In this document: in pieces, positions 43,846-58,819 of the stretch
Numbering within the stretch: the first letter of the stretch is position 1
Layout of the letters: each line of letters begins with the position of its first letter
From: Eledone cirrhosa
Lineage: Eukaryota
Length of the DNA stretch: 64,000 bases
Direction of reading: 5' to 3'
Assembly (NCBI GenBank): GCA_964016885.1
Contig: OZ024755.1
Location: forward strand, 7,502,001-7,566,000
Translations under genes and position numbers: made by a program
The notes under the pieces: model-generated
What the model saw: only the letters and a program-made list of their open reading frames with translations
Database searches by the model: none
Told to the model about the DNA's origin: nothing

Positions 43846-44151
43846 ATAATATTGGTGGTTTCTGAATTAGGCAGAAAGACAACAGTTTAAGGTGAAGGGA
43901 AAGTCGATTAAATTGACCCCAGTACATTACTGGGAATACCCATCATCGGAATCGACCGAGGACCAACATATACAGTCTCGGGGTGAAAAACCATTACAAA
44001 AGAAATTTTCAAAATATCCAAAACTGGTGCGACGGAGAGAGAAAAGTACTGTTAAATTGGAAACGTGGTCCAAATACTTACAACAGGGGGTAGTTAGCTA
44101 ATAGCACGCATCCCTGACCTGACGAGGGTGTTAAACTGGTAGACAGTTTAA

Positions 44152-44370
44152 CCCTTTAGCATTTACATTACTCTATATGTACTATTATATTTTCACTGTA
44201 AAGGCTTCACCTCACATAATATCTCACATAATATCCAATCTATGAGATTTTTATATCATTTATTTTGAAAGTAATACCTTAAAATCAGTATAAACGTTCG
44301 GTTACAGCCAGTTTGAACAGAAAGAGGTGAGGGAATTCTGGCCGGATATGGCCGGTTAAATGCTAAAGGG
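44152..44370. mobile_element. piggyBac-type MITE
   Basis: TTAA-CCCTTTAGCATTTA ... TAAATGCTAAAGGG-TTAA: 14-bp TIRs starting with CCC, and a TTAA target-site duplication. Confidence 0.85.
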
Positions 44371-45477
44371 TTAAACCTAAAACCCAAGTAGGCCACTGCT
44401 TGATTTGAACTATGAATGGAAAGAGTCAGAACAAATACTGCAAAACATCTCCAGGACGCTGATATTTTCCCCAATCTTGGACTGGTATTTTATTTCAACA
44501 AGCCTGAAAAGATAAATGGTGAAGTTGATGTCGGTGGTATTTGAACTTAGAAGTCTGGAACAAATACTATAAAAGTGTTTAGAGTTCAATGCTGTATCAA
44601 TTCTGCCAAATCTCTGCCTTGATTTCACATGTCATTACATGATGATAAAATTAGGTAGAAAGACAAGAAAAAAAATGATTTCACTAGACAAAATATAGTG
44701 TCAAACGTGCGGCTTTCTCTGCTGCTGTCAGCCATCATAACTGTCTTATATATATAATAATACCTGGAGGGAAATGGTTAATTTGGCACAAGACAGAATT
44801 TACCCAGTAATAATGGTATAATCAATTAGTATGGTTTGTCAGTATCTAAATTCCACGTATCTACTGAAATTCATATTTTGTATCTCGGCTGAAATCGAAA
44901 ACAAAATTGATTTACTACATTTGGGAGAGAGTTGCAGTGTGAATTCTTCATTGCCATTACCAATAGCTGTATTTCTCACTATATTTCTTGTTAGTTGTTG
45001 ACATGCTTAAGGCATTATCCTCTTGTTGTTCTGCCAGTAGAACTATCTAATGGCCACGGCTCACGTTCGTCTTCTTTATTATCTTCTTTCTTTTCATCTT
45101 TCTTCTCTCAAAGGCATAGTTTTACGGTGTAGCTAATATATATACATATACATTCATACATAAATACATATATATGTGCATACACACACACACACAAACA
45201 CGTACATGTTTATATATATATATATATATATATACGTATATATACACGCATATATATGCATATATACATACACACATATGTATGTATATATATATATATA
45301 TATATGAGTTTGTGTTGGTGTGTGTGTGCATAAATATGTAATTTCTTTTTAATATTTCGTCAGTTAAATAGATTATTATTTGGTGGTCATTTACATTACA
45401 GCGTATATTGTCACTTTTGAAAGTTTGTAACACGCAGAGAACGCGAGGGTAGTGTGACCGACAGACAAACAGATTAG

Positions 45478-45526
<49 letters not shown>

Positions 45527-47281
45527 TACGTATGTTGCAGTATACAGAGATATATAGATAGTGACAATTGGAAAGAGATATAGACATTTTGTTAGAGAGA
45601 CAGACAAACATTTATATAGATAGTTAGTTATATATAAATAGACAGATGGATAAATAGATAGATAGGCACATGGATAAACAGATAGATAGACATATGGATA
45701 GATAGATATATAGATGGATAAATAGATAGGTGGGGAGAGAGAGCGATAGTCAGATAAATAGAGAGATATGGACAGTTGAATAAACACACAAGAAGACAGA
45801 CCGCTAGTTGGATGGATAAATATACAAATTGATCGGTAGCTAGATAGATAAAGAAACGAACGGATAGATAGATATAGGGTATGGTTGATAGATAGATATA
45901 GAGACAAACGTATCGATAGATATAGAGACAGGTTGATAGATAGATAGATATAGAGACAAAAGGATAGATAGATATAGAGACGGATTGGTAGATAGAGAGA
46001 TGGATAATATATAACGAGAAAGAGTGAGATGGATAAATTGAGAGACAGAGACTGAGAATGAAGCAGTGAGATATACATCTTAAAGGAGTGCCAAGTCCCT
46101 TAGTGGTTATGTTTTTAATGCACTTCGTCAAGTTTGGTGATATTCAATGTTTAGTTTGTTTCAATGGGGAAATCTACGATTGTAATGAGCAAAAGATTAG
46201 CCAGACATACCATGTCCGTGATACTAAATGTTATAATATATACTTTCTCATCTCTCTTGCCGCATATCTTCCGCTTCACCCCGTTTACCCTCGCATGCCT
46301 CTAATCTTATTTGCTTGTGACGATGAAAATTCTTGTTAATAAAATGAGAGAAAACGTGACGAACGCTACGAGAGGCCATTTTGTCTGTCTCCCATATACA
46401 ATCTGTTGAAAGAGTCATCGTAAGGAAAGGCAAGTTCAATATAGATACGAGAACATTCTTCGCAGAGACTTGGAATTATATCTACACTCACCCCGACCTC
46501 TTGAATATACATATATGTGTATATATATGTTTGTGTGTGTTTATATGTGTATATTTATATATATTATATATGGATATTAACATCTTATGTATTTCATATG
46601 TATATATTCATATCATTTATCTAATTATATATATATATATAGATGTATGTATATATGTATATATATATATATATATATATGGATTTTGTACACCTATAAA
46701 GGAATGTATGTATGCACACATTGATACATATATTTACATAAGTTATCACGTACAAAGACCCACAGGAATTAATTGATATTACACACACACACTCATATAT
46801 ATACATATATATATATATATGTCTGTCATCTGTCTTTTTTTTTTCTTTTTTTACTTTGTGTGTAGGTATGTATGTATCTATGTTTATACATGTATATATA
46901 ATGATATTAATATCAAGATGATATCGAAATGATATATAAACAAATCCGACAGTTTATTTCCGGACACGAAAACACGTAGACCAATGCTTCACCCCTGTAT
47001 AATATACTTATGGCAACAGACTGGCAACATTGGTGGCAGCTCTGGCAACATTACTAGGACCATCTCTCACAGAATTCTATTAAGCTAGCCTGCATTTTTA
47101 TCGGCACACATCCTTTGACATATTTTGTCAAAGAGGCATAGCGTCTTATACAAACATACACGCATACACGTGTTTAAGTATACACACATATGAACACATA
47201 TATACATGAACAGTCTAACTTATAATAGATATACAGAAATACACACTTATATATTAAACTCATATTTATTCACCTTTATGA

Positions 47282-47338
<57 letters not shown>

Positions 47339-47507
47339 AACGAGTAGGACCCCGACGGCTGAGCTCAAGTCGTTTCGACGGCTAATTCTGGACTCTTGAG
47401 CTCAGCCGTCGGGATCCTACTCGTTCCTATTACCCACTCTACTACCCTAAGTATTGAGTACTTTGGTGTGTTATGGTCCATCTGGTTCCGTACCACATTT
47501 CCCTCGT

Positions 47508-47538
<31 letters not shown>

Positions 47539-47758
47539 TAAAATAACAGATTATATATATATATACACATACATGAACAGAGACTTATACATAAGGACAC
47601 ATACATGAAAACAATCACCTATGACAACACACACATACATGAATACATACACATTCATGAACATTAACATAAAAACATATATAAACATGGATTGGCCAGC
47701 TGGCGAGTGAAGGCCGCGGGTGTAACTGGACATTTGGAAACTCTGCTTCGAAGAATCG

Positions 47759-47855
47759 AGACGTATCTGAGGATCTTGGGATTTTAGAGTCAGGTTCGAT
47801 CATTGCATCGATCGTGCCTCGAACTTGTCGCCAGAGAAACGATTGTAATATGTCT
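47759..47855 (+). ncRNA. Type I hammerhead with elongated stem II
   Basis: agacguau-CUGAGGA-ucu[about 56 nt]aga-GAAAC-gauu-GUA-auaugucu. Stem I has 8 bp including one G-U. A related copy with a broken stem I lies at about 14860-14950. Confidence 0.68.
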
Positions 47856-47964
47856 AATAAATTTTATTCGTCGCACCACTGATTCTCCGTTTCTTATATG
47901 ATATTAGACTCTGCTCCGTAAGAGCATCGAGTGCTCAAACGGCCTACCGCATACGGCCCACACC

Positions 47965-47995
<31 letters not shown>

Positions 47996-48407
47996 GGAAA
48001 AAGTATGACCCCGACGAGCTCAAGCCCTTTCGACGGCTATTTCTGGACTAAAATAGAATTTTTAGCCTGGTGAATAAATAGCCGAACTTTTCAAGGGGGT
48101 ACTTCCTTATATGGGAAGATTGTAGTTGTCAAGAGGATTGGTTAAAATTTGTTGTAAACACAAATAAGTCTATCATGGCATTTGGTGGGAAGTAGGGGTG
48201 GCTGAACTTGCCTGTAGAACAATAGGGGGGGGGGAGTGGAGCGGTCAAGCGTTGAAAGTGATATGTATACATTAGATTCTAAGGATTGAAACGGCTTGAG
48301 CTCTGCCGTCGGGGTCATACTTTTTCCTATTTCCCACTCTACTATCCTAAGTATTGAGTACTCTGGTGCGTTATGGTCCATTTGGTTCCTTACCACAATT
48401 CCTTTGT

Positions 48408-48439
<32 letters not shown>

Positions 48440-49544
48440 GAGAGAGATAGAGAGAGAGGGGGGGGGGGGTGAGATTAATAGATATATAGATTAATAAATA
48501 AATATATAATATTATAAATGAGAGGCTATTTGAATTGTGGTAAGAAATAATTTTCATTTGTTGATTAATGGAAGGAAAGCAGCAAATGTTTGATGTTAAA
48601 AAGAATGGATGGCTTCAGCTTTTTCATAAATCTCCTTCGTGAACTTCACACGAGAAGAAAGAAAAAGACGTGAAGGAATGAAGTACTGTGATGTTTCATA
48701 ATGGAGATATTGGATATTGCTTTTCATATATCACTTTTGTTTGCAGCGTCGGATTTATTTTAAACTCTAGAATAGATCAGTCTTTAAGTTGACGGTTTCA
48801 ATATATGATTGATTGATTCTTCATGTCACTAGAAGCTAAATACCAGATGCCTGCTTCTTGGTCACTTTTGCTGTCAAAAAGAAATTTGGACAAAGTAAAA
48901 CCCGTTATGATGTTGACCAGTAGTCTACTGTAGCATGGCTTTTATGGGTCGCTGTTTAAAAGAGTTTTACAATGTGCTTATAAACACGAAATGCAATAAT
49001 ATTTGGGAGATGTGCAGATTTTAATTGACAGCTTCTATAAAAACAAGTATGATTTTGTCATTTATATCACTGAATAAAACTTTCTCGTTTGGCATGAACA
49101 TACTTTCTCTAACACACGTATTTTCTGTTCGTTTTCCTAGAAGCACTTAATCTAAAACATCATCCTATTTGTGTCTTATATCTATTATATACAAACATGA
49201 AATATATTCAATCTTCTATTTTGTCAACATGACTCAGAGTCTGCTATACTATCTACTTTATATATACACGGCAATGTGGACACTAGCATGGTTAAGATGT
49301 TAACTCTTTCCATATCAAACCTCTCTTGGTTCTGCCATATGAAACTGTTAGTTTTAAAATATTTATATATATCTAAAAGCTTTCCATCATATTTCCACGT
49401 GAAAACCTTTGTAAAGTAATGTTTCAAACATCAACATTCAAATGAGAAAGTTAGTTACTAATTAAGTAATATTGTTGACGTTGTTGTTGTTGTTGTTGTT
49501 ATATCTATCCCCATGTTAGGGTTTAACTGGCATTTGATAAGGTT

Positions 49545-50170
49545 GCATTTTATATCCCCTACTCTCACGTCCTCACATTTTCTTGTATGTAACCTCACCT
49601 ATAATGTTCTCACATCTTCCAATACGTAATCTCCACTCACAAGCCCGCGCACATTCCTATATGTAACCTCTACTCTAAGGTTCTCATATGTTCCAATACG
49701 CAACCTCCACACACACGCGTCCTCCCATCTTCCTATATGTAACCTCAACTTTTAGGTCCTCACATCTTCCTATACATAACCTTAACTCGAAAGTCCTCAC
49801 ATGTTCCTATACGGAAGCTCCACTCATAAGTACTCACATCTTTCTATACGTAACCTCTAATCTAAAGTACTCACATCTTTCTATAAGTAAACTTTACTCG
49901 AAAGTCCTCACATTTTTCTATAAGTACTCACATCTTCTTATAAGTAAACACTACTCTAAGGTCCTCACATTTTTCTATAAGTAAACTCTACCCACACGCC
50001 CTCACATCTTCCTTTACGTAACCACCACTCACAAGTCCTCACATCGTCCTATACGTAACCACCACTCTAAAGTCCTCACATCGTCCTATACGTAACCTCA
50101 AGTCACAATTCCTATAAGTAACCTCCACTCACAAAACCTCACATCTTCCTATACATGACCTCCACAAGTC
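49545..50170. repeat. Degenerate ~40-bp minisatellite
   Basis: Unit of the type cctcacatcttcctatacgtaacctccactc. Confidence 0.85.
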
Positions 50171-50274
50171 CTGTTCAGTTTACGATGCTTCAGTTGATCA
50201 GCTGTGGTGTATTCACCCATATTCCTATTTTAGGGTTTATTTAACAAACTATGACATTATTTACTACCATTATT

Positions 50275-50718
50275 TGTTGGATTGGTTCAAATCCCGCCGA
50301 GGTTAACTTTGCCTTTCATCCTTACGGGGTCGATAAAATAAAGTACCAGTAATACACTGGGTAATTGCTGGCCTTGTGCCTAACGTAGAAACAATTATTT
50401 GTTGGATTGGCAGTATCGGTAGAGGATCGGACGGCATGCTTTGACGCATAGTGTTACGGCCCTTTCCATTCTGAGTTCAAATCCCGCCGAGGTCAACTTT
50501 GCCTTTCATCCTTACGGGGTCGATAAAAAATAAAGTACCAGTAATGTACTGGCAAATTGCTGGCCTTGTGCCAAAAGTAGAAACAATTATTTGTTGGATT
50601 GGCGGTTTATCCCGCCGAGGTTTACTTTGCCTTTCATCCTTACGGGGTCGATACAATAAAGTACCAGTAATGCACTGAGTAATTGCTGGCTTTGTGCCAA
50701 AAGTAGAAACAATTATTT
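50275..50718 (+). mobile_element. Three head-to-tail SINE copies (truncated, full, truncated)
   Basis: Repeated attatttgttggattgg..cccgccgagg..gtagaaacaattatt. Confidence 0.85.
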
Positions 50719-50969
50719 GTTATCATTTAACAAGTCCATCTGCGGATTTGCATCAGACATTAAATGCATGTATCAATGTGGGTGGGTGTATATATGTATG
50801 TGTGTGCGTATGTGAGTGTATATGCATATATTTACATGCATATTTATGCAGTGTGTGCTTGAATGTTATTTGTAGATGAACTGATTTATATGTTTATATT
50901 CAGGTGCAGCATAAATGGATATGTACACTCACACACGTGTGTGTACACTAGATGTTGTTTTATAAGTGT

Positions 50970-51024
<55 letters not shown>

Positions 51025-51265
51025 ATATATACACATATGTATGTATTTATTTATATGTTTGGTGCATGATTCTGAACGCCTACATATGTGTGACATTGTA
51101 TTTATTTAAAGATTATACTGTGTGTGTATGTGTGTGTATGTGTGAGTGTGTCTGTGTGTGTGAGGGAGAGATGTTTTTATGCATTTGCGATTTTTGCGTT
51201 GTTTGCGAATGTCTGTATGTATGTACTTATGAGGGTCCAAATATATGTATGTATGTATGTATGTA

Positions 51266-51298
<33 letters not shown>

Positions 51299-51619
51299 GT
51301 GTGTCTGTGAATATATGTGTCCATTGGATGACAGCCTCTATACAGATGGTCATACGCTAACAAAGTGGAAGCAGTGATTTCCATTTTGTTAAATTAGTGG
51401 TGATGATGGTGATGGTATTGACGGTTGTTGTGGAGGGAGCTACTGATGATAGTGGTGATGATGGTGATGGTATTGACGGTTGTTGTGGAGGGAGCTACTG
51501 ATGATAGTGGTGATGATAGTGCCAGTTATACGTATTTCGGTTATCTTATTACACCTGTCTCTATATCTCAGTACAAAATTGTAATTGTATATATATACAT
51601 ATATATATATGTATATATT

Positions 51620-51858
<239 letters not shown>

Positions 51859-52203
51859 ATGTAGGGAAGAAGGATATATTTTTCATTATATGTAGGTGTG
51901 TGTGTGTGTGTGTGTGTGTGCTTGTGTATGTTTGTATGTTTGTATGTGTGGGTGTCTCGATTCCGTGGGTGTACGTGAATATCTGTATCTCTGTGTGTGT
52001 ATATATGTGTATTTCTGTGTATGTATGTATATATCTGAGATAATGTTTGTCTGTGTGTGCGTTCATGTATAATTATGTATACGTTTCACCGTCTCACACA
52101 TTTGGCCGACATATGTACACGCTCATTTAACTTCCGTGTGCATGCATCTGTATGCGTGCACACGCGCGTACACACATGCACATGTTTGTGCATCCTATCG
52201 TGA

Positions 52204-52295
<92 letters not shown>

Positions 52296-52747
52296 CTCAT
52301 ATCAACATATGTGCGTGTGTGTCTGAGTCTGGTGACAATATGTGTGGAGGTGTGTATGTTTAATGACCACATGTATGTGCATCTACGTGTGTGTGTGTGT
52401 CTAATAACAACATTACGCGTGTATGCGTGTGCTCCTGATGTCACCATATGTGTGTGTATGTGCGTATGTGATGACACCATATGTGTGTATATGTGTGCAT
52501 GTGCATCTGACATCATATCTGTGTGTATGTGTGTGTATCTGATGACACCATATGTGTGTATGTGTGTGCGTGCATCTGACATCATATGTGTGTGTATATA
52601 TGTGTGTGTGTGCATCTGACAGTGTGTGTATGATGATCACATACGTGTGTATGTGTGTGTGTGTGTCTTCATTACCCACCTGTATGATTAATTTAGAGAT
52701 AGGGGCCCTTTCCTCCCCATTTCTGTCTGTCTGTCTTTTCCTACACC

Positions 52748-52803
<56 letters not shown>

Positions 52804-53171
52804 AGCGCGCACACTTTGTCTCTCTTCCTCAGTGAGTGTCCAACCCCCTCTCTCTCTATCTCTCTATTAATCTGTATTCTTCATTAAAATGCAGTCCTAG
52901 ACACACGTGTGTTACATTAGATTTCTGTGTGTCTGCTCCTGCATATATTTCTTCCTGGGCCGGTTGACATAATGTTTATTGTTTGTTGAACAAACTTTCC
53001 TTTATTTTCATTAACAACATCGCCATAAACAACAACAACAACATCGCCATAAACAACATTAACAACAACAACAACAACAATAACGTTATTGAATTATTAA
53101 AAAAAGTAAAGTATTTACACAGAAAAACATCCGGAGATGAATTAATCTCTGGTCACTGACGTAGTAGAGAG

Positions 53172-53219
<48 letters not shown>

Positions 53220-53909
53220 GATGAGGATGATGATGCAGGGAAATTATTGCACACCCTGACACCAAATTGCGGATTTCTGATTAACAATCGGTTCTCAAAA
53301 TTATGACTAAGGAATCCCCTCTACTCCGGTTTTGAAATCAGAGTCACCCTCCTCCTAGTCAGACAACCACCCAAGGCTGACGGGTTCTTTCTACCTGGGG
53401 CAATTGGTTTCAATGCACCAATAATTCGCCTTTGCCCTTTGTCAGATCAGTTGTCAGAGCCTATATGAAATGCAAGCCGTTTGGGGTAGTTTATTGGCTC
53501 CTCAGGGAAAGAATCAATGGCAAAATCAATTGAATCTAGCAAGTTTAAGAAGTAATCATACTAAAACCGTAACAAAAAATAAACTGTAATAAAAAATAAA
53601 CTGTGGTTCAAAATATCTTATAATGTTGATCACAGAATCCGTGGATAAATATTAAGATATGACTAGGAGTTCAGGGAAATCATTTTTATTAATGACATAT
53701 GGAAACAAACTGAAATCTCCAGGATATTATGTAAACTATATCAGTGATTGAAATAATATTGTATATCTAAAGTATGTTCTGTTCATATTTTATTGTTAAT
53801 CCCTTCTCAGACTTTCTATCAACAAGAGTTAGGCTAGGGAGGGGGAGGTGTTGGTACGAATTTACTCATTGTACTAAGAAGATATTATAAACAGCCACAA
53901 ATAATAGAT

Positions 53910-53969
<60 letters not shown>

Positions 53970-54539
53970 TATCTTGAGTTTCACACTAGCATACGACAGA
54001 ATCCCCAAATTTTAAATCTTGACTCTTGTTAACCGAAATAGAGGAGAGTAACGTCCACCGTTTTGAATGATATAAATCGAATTTTATAGATTTGAAATCG
54101 TAGCATTGTTTACTGCGTTAATGTGAAAAGAAACAGGAAACGCGATCCTTCTCTAGAACTGTCTTTGTAAACTGCTGAAAATGTAATTTTGCTGTCAGTA
54201 TCTGATTTTAAATACATTTGCAGTAAATCGGATATAAACTATCAACGGCGATTTGGTTAAATATATGATTTCACTGTGGGGGAGTAGATAACTGATTTTT
54301 GAGTGAGCTAACATTGACCGGACATAAGTACACGCATTGAAGGTTAGAAGGCTGGGTGTATATATTCCTTTGCTTAGATCTCAAGGCATGTCTGTCTTTT
54401 TCTCAGTAAGTCATCGATTTCAGATTAATAAAGTATCGGACTCAGAACCTAGTGCGAAGGTACTATATGATATAGTATATTTCTTCTTGGGTAACGCTAG
54501 CTGTGCCATCATTTAACTACGCTGCAAGTGGCATCTTCG

Positions 54540-54815
54540 TCTGGGAGGTGCAGTCTGCGACTAACCCAGGTACTGCTGCTCGGCGGGCTTAGGATGCCTA
54601 ACTCTCCAAGTACAGGTCATTTTCCGCCAGGTTTGCGGTCGTGTCCTTGGCAGTGGTGACTTCTGGTGTCCTTGGCCCTAGGGCTACCTCCCTATTCACC
54701 ATCATAGGCGCTGAGCTGGCCAGCCGCAGGTGTGAGCCTCGCGAGCTGGAATGGCTCTTCCAACGCATCTCCCTTACCATCCTCCGGGGAAACGTCTTCT
54801 ATATCATGTCCACCG
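54540..54815 (+). pseudogene. CRE-clade non-LTR retrotransposon C-terminal (RLE) fragment
   Basis: GC-rich island. LSKYRSFSARFAVVSLAVVTSGVLGP...EPRELEWLFQRISLTILRGN matches the CRE-type pattern 'KY...FVPLAVET.G..G...LFQRIS.AIQRGN' (from memory of the family). Confidence 0.7.
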
Positions 54816-55043
54816 GGGCTGTGGGGAGGCCAGCACGCGGAACCACATTTGCTCACCATACGGATTAATAGGCAAAGTTAGAAACTATTGTATTTAACGA
54901 CGATGATAATTGATGTTGATCAGGAATTCTGACACAAAGTTAGGACAAGAATGAAGAGTATGGAAGGACATAAATAGGAGACAGGACAGAAAGTATCCCA
55001 TCCTAGACCCTGAGTTTTATAACAACTGCTATAATAATAGTCA

Positions 55044-55400
55044 TCTGATTAATGTATCAATCCCCACAGACGATAATATATCTATCAAGGAAGTGAAGAT
55101 TTATCCAAATATAAATATTTAGAAATAGAAACAACACGAATGTGGATTAGAGAAAAAATTAAATAGAAAAAATACCTATAATAATAGGTGCTCTGGGAAT
55201 GATAAAAAATCACAGAAACTCCAAGACTTATAAATATATACAACATAAGATATAGCACTACTGGGCACTGTGCACATATTACGAAGTGTACTCACAATAC
55301 AATACAAATAACAACACCAAAAACCACACTACACATACCCAAGGTGCACAGAGCTGGTCTCGGTAATGCAGTGATGACACGCAATAAAAATAATAATAAC
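55044..55400 (+). pseudogene. Decayed 3' end of an R4/Dong-like element
   Basis: Frameshifted LINVSIPTDDNISIKE / LSKYKYLEIETTRMW / IPIIIGALGMIK / IALLGTVHILRSVL, followed by a (TAA)/(CAA) tail. Confidence 0.75.
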
Positions 55401-55693
55401 AACAACAACAATAATAATAATAATATTTATTAATTTTTTTATTGTTATTTTTATTATTATTAATGATAATAATAGACACATTTTTTCAGCTATGTCATGT
55501 TTCCTGATACAAAACATGTAAGTACAGTTTTAAATAGAGATGGACGTGTGAGGTGGGTTACGTTGTTGTTGTTGTTGTTGTATTATTCTACATAAGCTTT
55601 TATCAGATTAAATAATAGACTAATAGACAACCCAACACAATTTTTGTAGTAGCTGAAAAAATATGGGAAACCACAATTGTAAGAGTAAATAAG

Positions 55694-55771
<78 letters not shown>

Positions 55772-55937
55772 GGAATATATAAAAAATACAAGAGTGTAGT
55801 GTATAAAATTATGATAAAAAAGAAAATATTAATAGCGACAAGAACAACTATAATACTAATAAATGACAACAACCAAATCATAAGAAAAATATCAATATCA
55901 TAACAACAACAACAATAACAATAGTTATTAAAAAAAC

Positions 55938-55972
<35 letters not shown>

Positions 55973-57683
55973 CAACAACAATAACATACAAAACACAAAA
56001 GAGATGGAAAAACAAGAATCGTTTGATGACAAAAAAATGAAAACAAAAAAAAGCAAGCAAATATAAAAAAAGCAAGGAAGCAGGGGAGGTAAGCAATGTT
56101 AAACATAAATAACTTCCTAAAACAAACTGACGAAATAAAACAGAATGAAAACAGGGTGAGGGGCAGGAGGTGGGCAGGAGAGAGTGGGAGCAAGAGAGAA
56201 AGAGTGTACAGATGTTAAGTGACAAACATACGCATGCGCAATGGCGTAAACAAATGACGAATGAAAACAACGGCTTAAAATGTGATTGTGTCCGAAACGT
56301 TTGGCTTGGACGAGTTAATCTTTCTCTCACCCCTACGTTATTCTTTCACCCCCGTCCCACCACTTTGTCACTCACCCGCGCCTCCTCCGTCTTTCTGGCC
56401 GTATTTCATTTCATTTGTACGCCATTTTGTTACATGTTTGTCTCTTTATGTGAGTGTAGTGGTGGTGGGGAGGGTGGCCATCAGCCAGAGAGGGGCATAG
56501 ACATTGAGAGGGTAATGGTAAGAGTTAAATTAAGAGAGAGAGAGAGAGAGAGATAAAATAATGAAAATACGCATGTGTGTGTGTCTGTGTCTCTGTGTGT
56601 CTCTCTGTGTGTGTAAGAGAGAGAGAGAGAGAGAGGGGGGGATTAAAGAGATAAGTCAAAAGAGACAAACATAAAATAATGAAAATACGTGTGTGTGTGT
56701 GTGTGTATGCCTCTGGGTGTGTGTATGTGTTTGTGTGTGTGGAAATGACCGAAGAGAGTGAGAGGGAATAGTGAGAGATATATAAAGTGAGAGAGAGAGA
56801 GAGAGAGAAAGAGAGATAGGAAAAGCCCTAAACAGGATTTGTGTTTATGTGTAATAGTGTGTGTGTGAGAGAGAGAGAGACGGACGGAGGATCGTAGGAC
56901 TGAGAGTGAAAGAGAGAGAGACACGTTAACAGAAAGAGAGAGAGAGAGAGACGAAGGATCGTAAGACTGAGAGTGAACGAGAGAGAGAGAGAGAGATGAA
57001 GGATGGTAGGACTGAGAGTGAAAGAGAGAGAGAGAGAGACACGTTAACAGAGAGAGAGAAAGAGAGAGAGAGACGAAGGATCGTAGGACTGAGAGTGAAA
57101 GAGAGAGTGAGAGATACGTTAAGAGAGAGATAGAGAAATAGAGAGAGAGAGAGAGAGGATAGCAGGGACAGAGTGGAAGAGTGAGAGACACCTTAAGAGA
57201 AAGAGAGAGAGAGTGTCAAAAGATCTAAAACAACATGGCGTTAAAATGTAGTATTTTGTTTATATTTTGTGTTGTGTATATTTCTCCATTTCTATCTCAG
57301 CGCCGTAGCCACTTCCAGGGCAGCCATTTGGCCCATCTAAACAGATCCTTTGTAATAATTTCCAGCCATCAAATCGTTCATTACCCACGAGATAACAACA
57401 AACATCATAGCTGGAGAGCTCAGTGATCACACATGCACACATACACTCACACATACACATATATACACTCACACATATACAGACACACAACACATAACAT
57501 ATATACACTCAAACATATACATATATACACTCAAACATATACAGACACACGACACATACCATATATACACTCAAACATATACAGACACACTACACATTAC
57601 AGTTATGCACTTTATGCACTTATACATACGTCTTTCGACTCATCTCTTTCGATCGTACGAAAACAGAGGCAATGACCCCTTCC

Positions 57684-57738
<55 letters not shown>

Positions 57739-57909
57739 TTGAACATTCTATCACACACATGCATCCAAACAGAAACATATGCACAGTCACATATATGTAC
57801 ACATACATACATACACACACATATATATATAAGAAGAAATAAAACTCACCTCCTACATATATATATATATATATATACATACATATATATATATATATAC
57901 ATATATATA

Positions 57910-57940
<31 letters not shown>

Positions 57941-58007
57941 GTCGGTGTATATGTACATTTAGATCTACCCATTAACAACACACACCCATATACATGCATA
58001 AATATTC

Positions 58008-58056
<49 letters not shown>

Positions 58057-58573
58057 AGATGGACGACATACAGACAAGACTATAATCACATAAACACATA
58101 ATAAACACAAGAGGAATGAAATCCAGAGTGAATATACAACAGAACAATAGGAAACAAGAGACAAACATGGGATCAAGAAAACATCTTCCATTGTATAAAT
58201 TTGAATAGCGGCCATTGCTAGAGCAAGCGATGTATCGGTTACACTGGCACGGCGTTAATTTGATTAAATAGTAAGAAAAATATGGATTGCCAACTCAATC
58301 ATAATAAGTGAACGTCTGCAAAACGTGTGCAGTACGTGTGTTGAACGTGTGGTGAGGAGTTTGTAAGACGTGTGCCAGGAAGAGGCCGGGGACCGATCGC
58401 TACAGTCGTTATTATAAATGCCGGGGTTAACGGAATCAAATACACAGATGGTACTTCCACTATATTGCAATTTTTTTAATTAATACTAACAGGGTGGCCT
58501 CCCCTCTTTTTACTTTCTTTCCTCTGTTTCTAGCGTATGTATGTAGATATACGCATTAACGTGTGTGTGTGTG

Positions 58574-58609
<36 letters not shown>

Positions 58610-58686
58610 GTGTGTAAGTGTGTGTGTATGTATACGTGCATGCACACATATATATGTATATTTGTATATGCATATATATGTATATG

Positions 58687-58719
<33 letters not shown>

Positions 58720-58762
58720 ATATATATGTTTGTATATGTATATATATGTGTGTATGTATGTA

Positions 58763-58819
<57 letters not shown>

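Noticed and set aside
44118-44147. CTGACGA as a hammerhead core
   Set aside because: No downstream GAAA/UH strand; it is followed by the MITE.
56150-58500. GC/CpG-richer unique patches (about 56150-56420 and 58200-58470; another at about 63590-63745) as promoters or enhancers
   Set aside because: Composition alone is insufficient; conservation or chromatin data would be needed.
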